Shown one piece after another: positions 21,028 through 30,695 of a DNA stretch of 64,000 bases. The position numbers and the translations under genes are program-made. Position 1 is the stretch's first letter. Every line of letters starts with the position of its first letter. The notes under the pieces were generated by a model. It was given only the letters and a program-made list of their open reading frames with translations, ran no database searches and was not told the origin of the DNA. The DNA comes from a bacterium (GTDB taxonomy: Bacteria; UBA8248), in assembly GCA_963692865.2 (NCBI GenBank), contig OY843592.1, positions 1,120,001-1,184,000 on the forward strand, written 5' to 3'.

Positions 21028-22623
21028 TTAAGTTTTTTCTTTCAGCAAACGACGCAGTATTTTCCCGCTGCCCGACTTCGGGATGGCGTCGATGAAGGCC
21101 ACCGCGCGAATGTGCTTGTAGCCGGCCACTTTTTCGTTCACGAAGTCCATCAGGGCATCTTCGTCGATCCGGACGCCTTCTTTGGGAACCACGAAGGCCA
21201 TGGGGACCTCGCCAGCCTCGGGATCCTCGCGGGGGACGACGGCCGCGTCCGCGACATCGGGGTGCAAGTGCAGACACGCCTCGAGTTCAGCGGGCGCGAC
21301 GGCGAAGCCCTTGTACTTGATCATCTCCTTTTTCCGGTCCATCAGGTAGACGTAGCCCTGCTCGTCCACCCGCCCGATGTCGCCCGTGTGGAGCCAGCCG
21401 TCGCGCAGCGCCTCGGCCGTGGCCTCGGGCGCGTTCCAGTAGCCCTTCATGATGTGGGGCCCCTTGATGATCAACTCGCCCGCCTCACCGGCGGGCAGTT
21501 CCTTAGTTCCCGTTTCCACGTCGACGATCTTTTGCTCCTGATCGGAGACGGGAGGCCCCACGGATTCCTCCCGGATGAACTTTTCCACGGGCGGGTTCAT
21601 GTGCGTGAGCGGAGAGGCTTCGGTGAGGCCGTAGCCCATGAAGGTGAGCACGCCCGTCTTCTCCTGCACGACGCGCCTCACCTCGGGCGGCAGGGGCGCG
21701 GCCCCGCTCATGATGTACCTCAAGGAGGAAAGGTCGTAGTCGCCCAGGTTCTCATGGTGGGCGATGGCCAGGAGCGCGGGCGGCACGCCGTAGAAGAGCG
21801 TCAGCTTGTGATCCTCCACGAGACGCAGCGCGTCGGGCACGGTGAAGCGTTTCATCAGGACGTGGGTGGCGCCTGCGAGAATCAGCGCGCCCATGATCAG
21901 CGCGCCGTAGATGTGATAGAGCGGCAGAAACAGGAGGCCCGAATCCCGGTCCGTTATGTGATGGTTCGCCACGCACTGGTGGTAGTTCGACACCAGATTC
22001 CTGTGGGTCAGCATCACGCCCTTGGGCAGACCCGTCGTGCCGCTCGAATAGGGAAGGGCGATTAAGTCCTCTGCGGTGTCGATTTCAGGCTCGGGGAGGT
22101 TCTCCGGCGAGTGCGGGCTTATCCAGTCCTCGAAGCGGGCGTCTCCTGCGCCCTCATCCGTGACGATGACGGCTTCGAGCGCCGGAAGTTCCTTCTGCAC
22201 TTCTCGAACCACGGCGGCGCCCTCGGCCGTGGTGATCAGAATCTTCGCGCCCGAATCGCCCAGTTGATACGCGGCTTCGGCTTCCTTGTAGGCGGGGTTC
22301 ATCGGCGTGAAGACGGCGCCAATCTTCGATGCGCCGAACGCGGTGATTTCGAATTCCGCCGAATTGGGGAGAAACAGGCCGACGCGGTCCCCGATCCCGA
22401 CGCCCGCGGCGAGCATGGCGCGGGCGCAGGCGTTCGAGAGGCCGTCGAGTTCCCGGAAACTCATTTGGATCTCCCCGTCCACCAGGGCAATGGCGTCCGG
22501 TCGCCGCGCGCACGCCGTCTTGAGCAGGCCGTGAAACGCGTAATCGGGATATTCGAGCGGGGGGCGGAAATAGGGAGGAAGGCTGACGCTTTCACTCATC
22601 GGCGTTGTTCCTCCATTCGTCAT
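21028..22623 (-). CDS. AMP-dependent acyl-CoA ligase (4-coumarate-CoA/long-chain fatty acid ligase-like)
   Basis: YSSGTTGLPKG, GYGLTE, LHTGD, RKKEMIK, KSGSGKILR. Start at the ATGA overlap with the upstream stop (alternative start 22599). Confidence 0.88.
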   Translation of the reverse strand: MTNGGTTPMSESVSLPPYFRPPLEYPDYAFHGLLKTACARRPDAIALVDGEIQMSFRELDGLSNACARAMLAAGVGIGDRVGLFLPNSAEFEITAFGASKIGAVFTPMNPAYKEAEAAYQLGDSGAKILITTAEGAAVVREVQKELPALEAVIVTDEGAGDARFEDWISPHSPENLPEPEIDTAEDLIALPYSSGTTGLPKGVMLTHRNLVSNYHQCVANHHITDRDSGLLFLPLYHIYGALIMGALILAGATHVLMKRFTVPDALRLVEDHKLTLFYGVPPALLAIAHHENLGDYDLSSLRYIMSGAAPLPPEVRRVVQEKTGVLTFMGYGLTEASPLTHMNPPVEKFIREESVGPPVSDQEQKIVDVETGTKELPAGEAGELIIKGPHIMKGYWNAPEATAEALRDGWLHTGDIGRVDEQGYVYLMDRKKEMIKYKGFAVAPAELEACLHLHPDVADAAVVPREDPEAGEVPMAFVVPKEGVRIDEDALMDFVNEKVAGYKHIRAVAFIDAIPKSGSGKILRRLLKEKT

Positions 22624-23795
22624 GAGCCCAGGACGTTCGCGCTGCCCTCGAGCACGGTCTTTGCGGTGAGCTCCAGGCATTTTTCCGTGTTGGGCGGCAT
22701 GATGAGTCCGGCTCTCGCCTCGCGGTGAAAGCGCTGGAGCGGGTTGTGGCGGAACAGTCCCGGGCCGCCGGCCACCTTGAGCGCTTTTTCCGTGATGAAC
22801 GCTGAGGCTTCCGCGCAGACGTATTTCGCCTCGTTGATGGCGCCATACGCCTTGTCCGCGCCGTGGGCGTTGATCATCCAGCCCGCTCGCTGGAGCATGA
22901 GGATCGCGCCTTCGAGCGCAATTTTCATCTCCCCAATCTGGCGTTGTATGGCGGGATACGAGGCGATGGGCACGTTGTCGGGCATGAGCTTCCGGGTTTG
23001 CGCATAGTTGACCACCCAGTCGAAGGCGCCTCCGCCCGCGCCCAGGTAGACGGCGGAATAGCCGAAACCGAACTTGGGCAGAACGTCGGGGCGAATGGGG
23101 TCTCCGCCCCGGCCCACGAGATCCTCCACCGGTATCTTCACGTCGTCGTATATCATCGAGTGGCTTATTGTTCCGCGCATGGCGAAGGAGTTCCACTCCT
23201 GGTCTATCTTGAAGCCGGGGTTGTCCGAGGGCGCGATGAGCAATCCCAGGCTTTTCGTGAGGTCTTCCTCCTCTTCAAGCTGCACCCAGAGCACGTAGTA
23301 ATCCGCCTCGCCGGCCATGGAGCAGAAGTATTTCCTGCCGTTGATCCTGTAGACGTCTCCGTCCCGAATCGCCTTCGTCTCCATGCGCCACACGCCGTGG
23401 AGGCTGGAGGTGTTCTCGCTTGCGTAGCTCGCGATGATTTTTCCGCTCCGTATGATTTCGCCGTACCTGCGCTTTTGTTCATCCGTTCCCAGGTAGGTGA
23501 TGACGTGGGAGATGGAGCTGTGCATGTGAAAGAGCATGGCCGTGTTCGTGCAGCCTTTGGAGAGCTCGTAGAGGACCATCGAGTAGGTGGCGGTGTCCTC
23601 GTAGAGGTCCCTGCCGCCCTGGTCCTTCGGAAGCGTCAGGGAGGTGAAACCCTCTTTGGCCAGGTCGTTGAAATTCTCGCGGGGAAAAATTCCTTCCTGA
23701 TCGATTTTTTCGGCTCTCGGGGCCAGGATTTCCTTCGCGTAGATTTTCGCGCGTTCGAGCAAATCTTCATTTTCAGGGTTGATCCGAAAATCCAC
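22620..23795 (-). CDS. Acyl-CoA dehydrogenase-fold flavoprotein, paralog of 19816..20991
   Basis: Shares ELSKGCTNTAM, INGRKYFCSMAGEAD, PIASYPAIQRQIGEMKIA and ALKVAGGPG with the paralog. Confidence 0.8.
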   Translation of the reverse strand: MDFRINPENEDLLERAKIYAKEILAPRAEKIDQEGIFPRENFNDLAKEGFTSLTLPKDQGGRDLYEDTATYSMVLYELSKGCTNTAMLFHMHSSISHVITYLGTDEQKRRYGEIIRSGKIIASYASENTSSLHGVWRMETKAIRDGDVYRINGRKYFCSMAGEADYYVLWVQLEEEEDLTKSLGLLIAPSDNPGFKIDQEWNSFAMRGTISHSMIYDDVKIPVEDLVGRGGDPIRPDVLPKFGFGYSAVYLGAGGGAFDWVVNYAQTRKLMPDNVPIASYPAIQRQIGEMKIALEGAILMLQRAGWMINAHGADKAYGAINEAKYVCAEASAFITEKALKVAGGPGLFRHNPLQRFHREARAGLIMPPNTEKCLELTAKTVLEGSANVLGS

Positions 23796-23827
23796 CTGCT
23801 TGTTCCTTACCGTTCACGAATTGGAAT

Positions 23828-24985
23828 CTATGCGCCGCCTCGGTTCCAGCCCCGTCCTTCGTCGCCGTAGCCAACCGAACCGTCTTCGGTCACGACCACG
23901 GTGTCCTCGAGTTTCACGAAGCCGACCTCGGGGTTTTTCATGTCGGTTTCGATGGACACCACCATTCCGGGTTCGAGGCCCTTGGTCTCATAGGTGGCGG
24001 GGTAGGGCACGACGCCCGAGGAGGTGAGGTGCGGCGCTTCGTGCTGGATGATGCCCATGCCGTGCGCGAGGAAGACCATCTGATCGTCGTGTTCGCACTT
24101 GGCCTGCTCGTTGAGAGCGGCCTCATAGATTTCCTGTCCCGTGACGCCCGGGCGCACGACCGCGCGCGCAGCCGTCTGCACCGCCTGGATTTCACCGAGC
24201 AGGTCCTCCATGAGCGGTGTGGGCTCGCCCAGGACGGCCATGCGGCAGAGATCGCCCAGGTATCCCTGTTTGTTCCCGCCCGAGTCGAGCGAGAGGATGT
24301 TCCCCTCATCCCATGTGGCGTTCGAGGGGGCGCGGTTGTAGCTCGGCCCCGTGCAGGTGAGGCAGTACTCGAAATCGAGTCCCCTTTGGGTCTCGAGTTT
24401 TTTCATCTCGTCTGCTACTTCGTACATGGTGGCGCCCGGAGGCGTGCTCTTCATGACGTCGAGCATGCACTCGACGATGGTTTCCGAAGCCTCTTTCAGC
24501 AGGGTGAGTTCATGGGGCTGTTTCACGGCCCGGAGTTCTTCGAGCAGGTAGACGGCGTCGATGAATTTCGCGTCGGGCAACTCCTCCTGAAGCGCCTCGT
24601 ATGAGTCCGCCGGCAGGAAGCATTTCTCAACCGCCACGGTGCCTTTCTCGTGGCCGAGTTTGCGGATGAAATCGGCCGCGTCCTTGCCGGCCTGATCGGT
24701 GTGCCACTGGTTGTTTCTCTTCTCGGGCACCCACACGGGTTCGACCTCCTGCTGCCAGCCTTCCATGATGTTTCCGATGTAGAACGCCTTGTCGGGCGCG
24801 CCCTTCGGGAGACCCACCATCGGCTGGTAGCGGCTCACGCCGATGGCGTCCTTGTGGGCGAAGAAGAAGAATTGATAGCCGCCGAGCAGGTAGCGAACGT
24901 TTTCCTTCGAAGTGGCGAGAACGACGTCCGCTCCCTGGTCTTCCATCAAGGCGCTGAGCTTGTTGTCATCAAAGGGCAGGTTCAT
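23828..24985 (-). CDS. M24-family (Xaa-Pro peptidase/creatinase-like) hydrolase
   Basis: RAVK, LDSG, GYLGDLCR, HGMG..HE, SIET, LEDTVVVT. Start MNLPF has a GGAGAGG RBS; the ORF is open to 25045. Confidence 0.85.
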   Translation of the reverse strand: MNLPFDDNKLSALMEDQGADVVLATSKENVRYLLGGYQFFFFAHKDAIGVSRYQPMVGLPKGAPDKAFYIGNIMEGWQQEVEPVWVPEKRNNQWHTDQAGKDAADFIRKLGHEKGTVAVEKCFLPADSYEALQEELPDAKFIDAVYLLEELRAVKQPHELTLLKEASETIVECMLDVMKSTPPGATMYEVADEMKKLETQRGLDFEYCLTCTGPSYNRAPSNATWDEGNILSLDSGGNKQGYLGDLCRMAVLGEPTPLMEDLLGEIQAVQTAARAVVRPGVTGQEIYEAALNEQAKCEHDDQMVFLAHGMGIIQHEAPHLTSSGVVPYPATYETKGLEPGMVVSIETDMKNPEVGFVKLEDTVVVTEDGSVGYGDEGRGWNRGGA

Positions 24986-25926
24986 GGCTGGTTCCTCTCC
25001 AATATGTGAAACCTCGGATTCGGTTTTCATGTCGAGAATACGCACATGCGCATCTGCTGAAAAGTGAATGAATCGCCGGAGAATGCGCCGTCTCGACCGT
25101 TACTCGAACAACGAATCATGAACCGAAAAAGGGTGTCATGCAGGGCGGAAAAATGCAAGCGCAGCGTTTTGAGTTTCCGGTATTTTGGCTGAATGAGCAC
25201 GGAAAAGACCATTGGCGAGGCTCGAACGGCGGGTCCGTCGGGCGGATTGCTTTGGTTCCCGAACATGGGATACATTTTTCGCAAATCCCTGGGAATCGCA
25301 ACATACTGCCAACCGGAACTGAAGGTGGAGCGATTTGCGCGCCGATTGTATATCCACCCGGATTCATGGGATGCGGGCTTTTCGAGAAAGGATCGGACGG
25401 AGCGATTCGCGCGTCGGTCCCGCGTTGCTTTGCGGCGCGTGTCGGATCGATCTTTTCACTGTCCGCAAGGTCGCCCATCTGGCGCTGTTATGTCGTCGCG
25501 GTGAAGAATTCGTTTGCGAGACGGGGTGATGGCGGCGGTCGAGAGCGGGTCAAAATCGCTTGCGGTTTCGCATACCATGGTTTTGGGACGTGCCCATTGC
25601 GGCGGGACCGAGGCGGTTCTCGACGTCGGTCTGCCGGAGTTCGAGTCCCCGGTTCCCCGTCCGGCGGCCGCAGGCGCCGTTTGCAGTGAGGCGTTGTCCG
25701 GCGCCCCTCGGGAGCAGGTCGGCGAGGCGACCGGCATTGCCCCGCTGGTCGGTCGGCTATCGGTTCTGAATTTCCCGGCCCACCTCATCTTTTGTTCCTG
25801 GACACCGGAGCGAGTCGAAAGAGACGGTCTCACTTTGCGCGGCTGGCGGTCCGGTCTCGATACCGGCCGCTTACCGGTGGCGGACGCGAGTACGGGTGCT
25901 TTTCATCCGATCGGGGACAACCCTTG

Positions 25927-27648
25927 ATGCGCGAGCATCGGCGCATCCGACCCTTCAACATCCGGTTCTGGATAGACGAACGCCCATCGCTGCCCTTGTC
26001 CCTCATGGCGGCCCTCCAGCAGTTGGCCTTGCTCGGATCGATCATGACCGTATCGCTCGTGTTCACGCGCAAGATCGGGCTGAACCCCGCCGACACGGCG
26101 GGCGTCATGTCGTTGACCATGCTGGCGGCGGGAGTCGGCACGGTCATGCAGGCTTTGAACCGGTTTGGCGTCGGGTCCGGGTTGCTCGTGCCCATGCAGG
26201 CGTCCGGCGCCGCGTTTCGGGCCATGCAGGAGGCGGTCGCGCTCGGCGGGCTCGGGCTCGCCTTCGGCATGTGCGCGGCGATTGGGCTCGTGCAGTTGAT
26301 ATTCGGGCGTTTGATGCGGCGCCTCCGCTCTTTTTTCCCGGTGGAAATTGCAGGACTGGCCGTCTTCCTGATTGGCGTGGAACTGAGTTTGATCGGCGTG
26401 GACGGTATCATCGAAGCCGGCGACGTGGGTACCGGAAGGAGCTATGCCGTCAGCGGGCTGACGTTCGGGATCATCGTCGCGATGAGCGTTTGGCTGCATG
26501 GCTTGGGCCAGTCTTTTGCGGTGTTCACCGGTCTGATACTCGGCCAGGCGGCCGCCTGGTGGTTCGGCGAGATACCCGCCGGTGCGTTCGCTATTTTCGA
26601 CGATATCCGCCTGTTCGCCGTTCCGGAAATCGCCCGTTTCGGATGGTCGATGGACTGGCGGTTGCTGCTGGATTTCATGGTCGTCGGCGTAGTGCTTTCC
26701 TGGAACTGCTACGCAATCTCCATCGTCGCTCAACGCAGTTACGATTCGGGCTGGAAGCGGACCGATGTGCCTGCCGTCGAACGTAGCTTGATCGCGGAAG
26801 GAATTACCAACATAGCGGCTTCGCTCATGAACGGCATCGCGCAGACGAGCAGCGGTCCCGGCGTCGGGCTGGCGCAGGCGTCCGGGATCGTCAGCCGCCG
26901 CGTCGCCTATTTTCTGGGCGCATTGTTCGTGGGGATGAGTTTTTTCCCGCCGGTCGTGATGATGTGGAGTATTTTGTCGAGCGCGGTGGTCGGCTCCGTG
27001 CTTCTTTTCGTCGGCTCGTTCGTCCTGGTGACCGGCTTGAAAATCATGACCTCGCGCCTGCTCGACGAGCGGAAGACCTTGATCTTGGGCATCGCCTTCA
27101 TCGGAGGCCTGAAGCATGAATACATCGTGGAGAAGATTGGGCATTGGGAGGTCATGCACGCTGATATCGTGTTCGGCAGCCCGCTGACGACGGCATTGCT
27201 GATCGCAATCGCGCTCAACGCCTTGTTCCTGATTGGCGGCCGCAAGAGGCGGACTCGGGATATTGCGCTCGAAGATGACTGGCCTGAAAAGGTGAACCGG
27301 ATAATCTGGAATCTTGGTCATCAGTGGGGCGGCAGGCCGGAAGTCGTGGCGCACCTCGAAAATGCCGCCAATCAGGTGATCGACGCCATCGTTGACGCCG
27401 CTTTGATCGAAGGCGAGGAAAAAGTCAGGCTGTCGGTGGATTTCGACGATTTCGAATGCGTCCTTCGCATTTTATATTCCGGCAAGAGCCTCAGGATACC
27501 GGATCGCCTCCCCGAACTGGAGGAAATTGTGGAGAGCCCCGATACCGTCCAAGACATAGCGGGGCACCTGATTCGCCGCCTGGCCGACGAAGTCAGCGTG
27601 TCCCATTCAAGCGGCGTTACCGAGGTATCGTTGTGCTTTAGAGAGTGA
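25927..27648 (+). CDS. NCS2 (xanthine/uracil permease family) transporter with a C-terminal RsbW-like domain
   Basis: Multi-TM NCS2 layout (IDERP, GVGSG, FP, AEGI, SRRVA) plus a ~130-aa soluble tail from ~27241. Confidence 0.8.
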   Translation: MREHRRIRPFNIRFWIDERPSLPLSLMAALQQLALLGSIMTVSLVFTRKIGLNPADTAGVMSLTMLAAGVGTVMQALNRFGVGSGLLVPMQASGAAFRAMQEAVALGGLGLAFGMCAAIGLVQLIFGRLMRRLRSFFPVEIAGLAVFLIGVELSLIGVDGIIEAGDVGTGRSYAVSGLTFGIIVAMSVWLHGLGQSFAVFTGLILGQAAAWWFGEIPAGAFAIFDDIRLFAVPEIARFGWSMDWRLLLDFMVVGVVLSWNCYAISIVAQRSYDSGWKRTDVPAVERSLIAEGITNIAASLMNGIAQTSSGPGVGLAQASGIVSRRVAYFLGALFVGMSFFPPVVMMWSILSSAVVGSVLLFVGSFVLVTGLKIMTSRLLDERKTLILGIAFIGGLKHEYIVEKIGHWEVMHADIVFGSPLTTALLIAIALNALFLIGGRKRRTRDIALEDDWPEKVNRIIWNLGHQWGGRPEVVAHLENAANQVIDAIVDAALIEGEEKVRLSVDFDDFECVLRILYSGKSLRIPDRLPELEEIVESPDTVQDIAGHLIRRLADEVSVSHSSGVTEVSLCFRE

Positions 27649-27720
27649 GGCGTCGGTCGGCAGTGTATTCCGCCTCGCCCGATGCCGACATATGCGCGCC
27701 TCTGGCGGACGTGCAGGAAA

Positions 27721-28470
27721 TCAACCGCCCATGGCGATGCCGCCGTTCACGTCCAGGCAGATGCCCGTGACGTATTCCGCCTCATCTGATGCCAGGAAAA
27801 GCGCGGCGTTCGCCACATCCATTGGCCTGCCCACGCGGCCGAGCGGAATCTGTTTGACTATCTCTTCCTGGCGGGCGGGGAGCCATTCGTCGGTGAGGGG
27901 CGTGGCCGTTGGGCCGGGCGCAATGGCGTTCACGGTGACGCCGTAGGGACCCAGCGTTTTGGCGAGCGAGCGCGTGAGGCCGATGACGCCGGCTTTGGCC
28001 GACGTGTAGGGAATTCCGCCCGCAAAGCCGCCCGAGCGCCATGCGGATGACGAGAGGTTGACGATGCGGCCGTAACGTCTCGCCATCATGTGCTCCGAGA
28101 CGGCGCGGGCGCAGAGGTACTCCCCTTTCAGGTTCACGTCGATCACGGCGTCCCAGTCGTCTTCGGTGTATTCGAGATATGCCTTCTTGGGCGAGATGCC
28201 CGCGTTGTTGATGAGGATGTCGATCTGGCCGAACGCTTTCAGGCAGGATCCGGCCATCTCCTGAACGGCGGCGGAATCGGAAACGTCGGCCTCGCACGCG
28301 AGAACGCCGGGCGCTTGAGCGGAGAGTTCGTTCGAGAGAGTTTCCACGGCTTGGGCGTTTCGGTCGCAGACGAGCAAAGATGCGCCCTCCGCCGCGAAGC
28401 GCCGGGCAATGGCCTCGCCCAGGCCGCTTCCCGCTCCCGTGATGATGGCCGTCTTGTCCTTGAGCCGCAT
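27721..28470 (-). CDS. SDR oxidoreductase (FabG-like)
   Basis: TGAGSGLG, NNAG, YTSAK, NAIAPG, VNGG. Confidence 0.9.
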   Translation of the reverse strand: MRLKDKTAIITGAGSGLGEAIARRFAAEGASLLVCDRNAQAVETLSNELSAQAPGVLACEADVSDSAAVQEMAGSCLKAFGQIDILINNAGISPKKAYLEYTEDDWDAVIDVNLKGEYLCARAVSEHMMARRYGRIVNLSSSAWRSGGFAGGIPYTSAKAGVIGLTRSLAKTLGPYGVTVNAIAPGPTATPLTDEWLPARQEEIVKQIPLGRVGRPMDVANAALFLASDEAEYVTGICLDVNGGIAMGG

Positions 28471-28483
28471 GTGGAGCTCCTGT

Positions 28484-29260
28484 TCAGAATTGGACGAAGC
28501 CGCCGTCTACGTTGATGGCCTGGCCGGTGATTCCGCACGAGTCGTCGCACGCCAGAAGGAGGGCCAGCGGTGCGCATTCCTCCGAGTCGATGAAGCGCTT
28601 CATCGGCACCCTGTTCCTGAGCTCTTCTGATTGTTCCTCAAAGGTCTTGCCCGTCTCGTCGGCCCATTTCTGGATGCTCTCCTCGAACATTCCCGTGGAG
28701 ACGAAGGTGGGGCAGATGCAGTTCGCCGTGATGCCGAACGGGGCGACTTCGGCGGAGAGCGCTTTGGTGAGGCCCAGGACGGCGTGTTTCGACGCCGCGT
28801 AGGCGCTCCTGTAAGCCAGGCCGATTTTCCCCGAAACGGACGCCACGTTGATGATCTTTCCCGATTTGCGCTCGAGCATCGAGGGCAGAACCTCGCGGAT
28901 GGCTGTGAAGGGCGCCTTGGCGTTGATTTGCATGGTGCGCTCCCACACCGCATCGGGAAGCTCATGCACTGCTTCAAAGCTGACGATGCCGGCGTTGTTC
29001 ACGAGGATGTCGATGGGGCCGAGCGCGTCGACTGTCCTTCGGAGCGAATCGAGGATGTCCTCGTCCTTCATGACGTCGCACGGGCAGACGAGCGCCTTTC
29101 GCCCCATCGCCTCTATCTCTTTTGCGAGCGCTTCGAGTTTATCGACGGAGCGGGCGGCGAGGGCGAGATTCGCTCCCTCTCTAGCGTAGGTGCGCGCGAT
29201 GGCGCCGCCGATGCCGCCCGATGCGCCCGTGATGAATGCGACTTTGCCTTCGAGTTTCAT
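28484..29260 (-). CDS. SDR oxidoreductase (3-hydroxybutyrate dehydrogenase-like)
   Basis: TGASGGIG, NNAG, YAASKH, VDGG. Confidence 0.88.
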   Translation of the reverse strand: MKLEGKVAFITGASGGIGGAIARTYAREGANLALAARSVDKLEALAKEIEAMGRKALVCPCDVMKDEDILDSLRRTVDALGPIDILVNNAGIVSFEAVHELPDAVWERTMQINAKAPFTAIREVLPSMLERKSGKIINVASVSGKIGLAYRSAYAASKHAVLGLTKALSAEVAPFGITANCICPTFVSTGMFEESIQKWADETGKTFEEQSEELRNRVPMKRFIDSEECAPLALLLACDDSCGITGQAINVDGGFVQF

Positions 29261-29324
29261 GTTTTCTCCTTGTCAGGTAGTCATTCCCGAAGCTTCGTGC
29301 GTGCTCATCGAGAAAGCGCTTTTC

Positions 29325-30587
29325 TCAGCAAACTTCGCGGACGATGGCCTCGAACTCCTCGTTCCCCAGTTGTCTTTTGCGCCAGCGGATCTCGGTGCGG
29401 ACCCGCTCGACCACGTCCTTTTCCTTCTCCAGCGGGAGGTCGAGGCCCAGCTCCCGCGCCTTGGTGCGCACCGCCCACTCGCCCGAATAATGGCCCAGAA
29501 GATTGTGCATTCCGTTTCCGAACATCCCGGGCTTCATGCACGAATAGGCCCAGAAGCCTTCTTCCGTTTCGGGTACGCAGTAATGCACTTCGACCAGGTG
29601 CGAGAAAGCCGTCTTGCCGACGAAAGGCATGGTGTCCGTCATGGGCCATTTCATGATGTCGGAGACGAGTCTCGATAGTTCATACATTTTCTCGAGCTTA
29701 ATCCCGCAGTCGATGCCGTAGTAGAGCTGGATTACGGCGGCGACTTCCGCCAGTGGCGCGATGTGGGCGCGCTCGCCCAAGCCGTTCACGCAGGCGTCGA
29801 TGAGTTCGGCGCCGCCTTCGAGACCGGCGTACAAGGCGGCGCACGCCAGACCGATGTCGTTGTGGGTGTGAAGGCCGATTTGCGTGCCGGGCAGCAGGCG
29901 CTTCATCTCGCGGACGACGTAGGTGTATACCGGCGTGATCGCCATGCCGTTGATGTCGTCGAGCTTGATCATGTCAGCCCCTGCGTCCACGAGTTTGCCG
30001 CAAACTTCCGCCAGCCGCTCTATCGGGATGCGCGTGCAGTCCTGGATCAGGCAGCCTACTTTCCTGTCGGGGCCGGATTTCTCCCGGGCGTAGGCCACCG
30101 AACCGCAGGCGCGCTCGATGGCCTGCTCGATGGTGATGTTCGGGTCTCCGGCCATCGACTCGAACAGGCACATCTGGTTCGGAGAAAAGGAAAAGCAAAG
30201 GGTCGTGTAGTCCGCGCCGTGTTCCACGTTCAGGTCGACTTCCACCTCGGCGAGTTCGGGATTGAGCACGGCGGTGGGGTGCACGAGGGCTTCTACGATG
30301 AGGTCGGGATAGCGCCGTTTCACCTCCTCCATCTCCTGGGGGTCGTCGTGGTGCATCTGCACCATGCTCACGCCGGCGTCGACGAGCGCGTCGGCGATGC
30401 GGATGACCTCATCGCGCCTCAAGGACACGCCCGGAAGCTGCCTGCCTTCCCTCAGCGTGATATCGCAAAGCTGGAATTTCTCGGGCAGCGTCATCTGCGA
30501 GCGGATTTCCTCGGAGAAGCAGTGCTGCGATATCCGCCAGTTCTCGGTGGTGGGTTCCAAATTGCTGTTCACGGGATAGCCTGGCAT
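29325..30587 (-). CDS. DRE-TIM acetyl-CoA condensing enzyme (LeuA/homocitrate/citramalate synthase-like, no regulatory domain)
   Basis: DITLREGRQ, HTHNDIG, NGLGERA, VGKTAFSH, LGHYSG. Confidence 0.78.
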   Translation of the reverse strand: MPGYPVNSNLEPTTENWRISQHCFSEEIRSQMTLPEKFQLCDITLREGRQLPGVSLRRDEVIRIADALVDAGVSMVQMHHDDPQEMEEVKRRYPDLIVEALVHPTAVLNPELAEVEVDLNVEHGADYTTLCFSFSPNQMCLFESMAGDPNITIEQAIERACGSVAYAREKSGPDRKVGCLIQDCTRIPIERLAEVCGKLVDAGADMIKLDDINGMAITPVYTYVVREMKRLLPGTQIGLHTHNDIGLACAALYAGLEGGAELIDACVNGLGERAHIAPLAEVAAVIQLYYGIDCGIKLEKMYELSRLVSDIMKWPMTDTMPFVGKTAFSHLVEVHYCVPETEEGFWAYSCMKPGMFGNGMHNLLGHYSGEWAVRTKARELGLDLPLEKEKDVVERVRTEIRWRKRQLGNEEFEAIVREVC

Positions 30588-30695
30588 TACAACCTCCTTT
30601 TATGGGATTTCATCGCCGATGCGGGGTCGGCGAAAACGGGAATCTCGAATCAAACTCGTCATTACGCATTCTCGTAAGACAAGTCAAAGCATGTT

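Noticed and set aside
22624-23196. N-terminal extension of the 722-aa CoA-ligase ORF
   Set aside because: It overlaps the upstream ACAD gene in another frame. The ATGA coupling at 22620-22623 gives the natural start.
25634-25652. tRNA T-loop-like GTTCGAGTCCC
   Set aside because: The T-stem is mismatched and I could not build an acceptor, D or anticodon arm.
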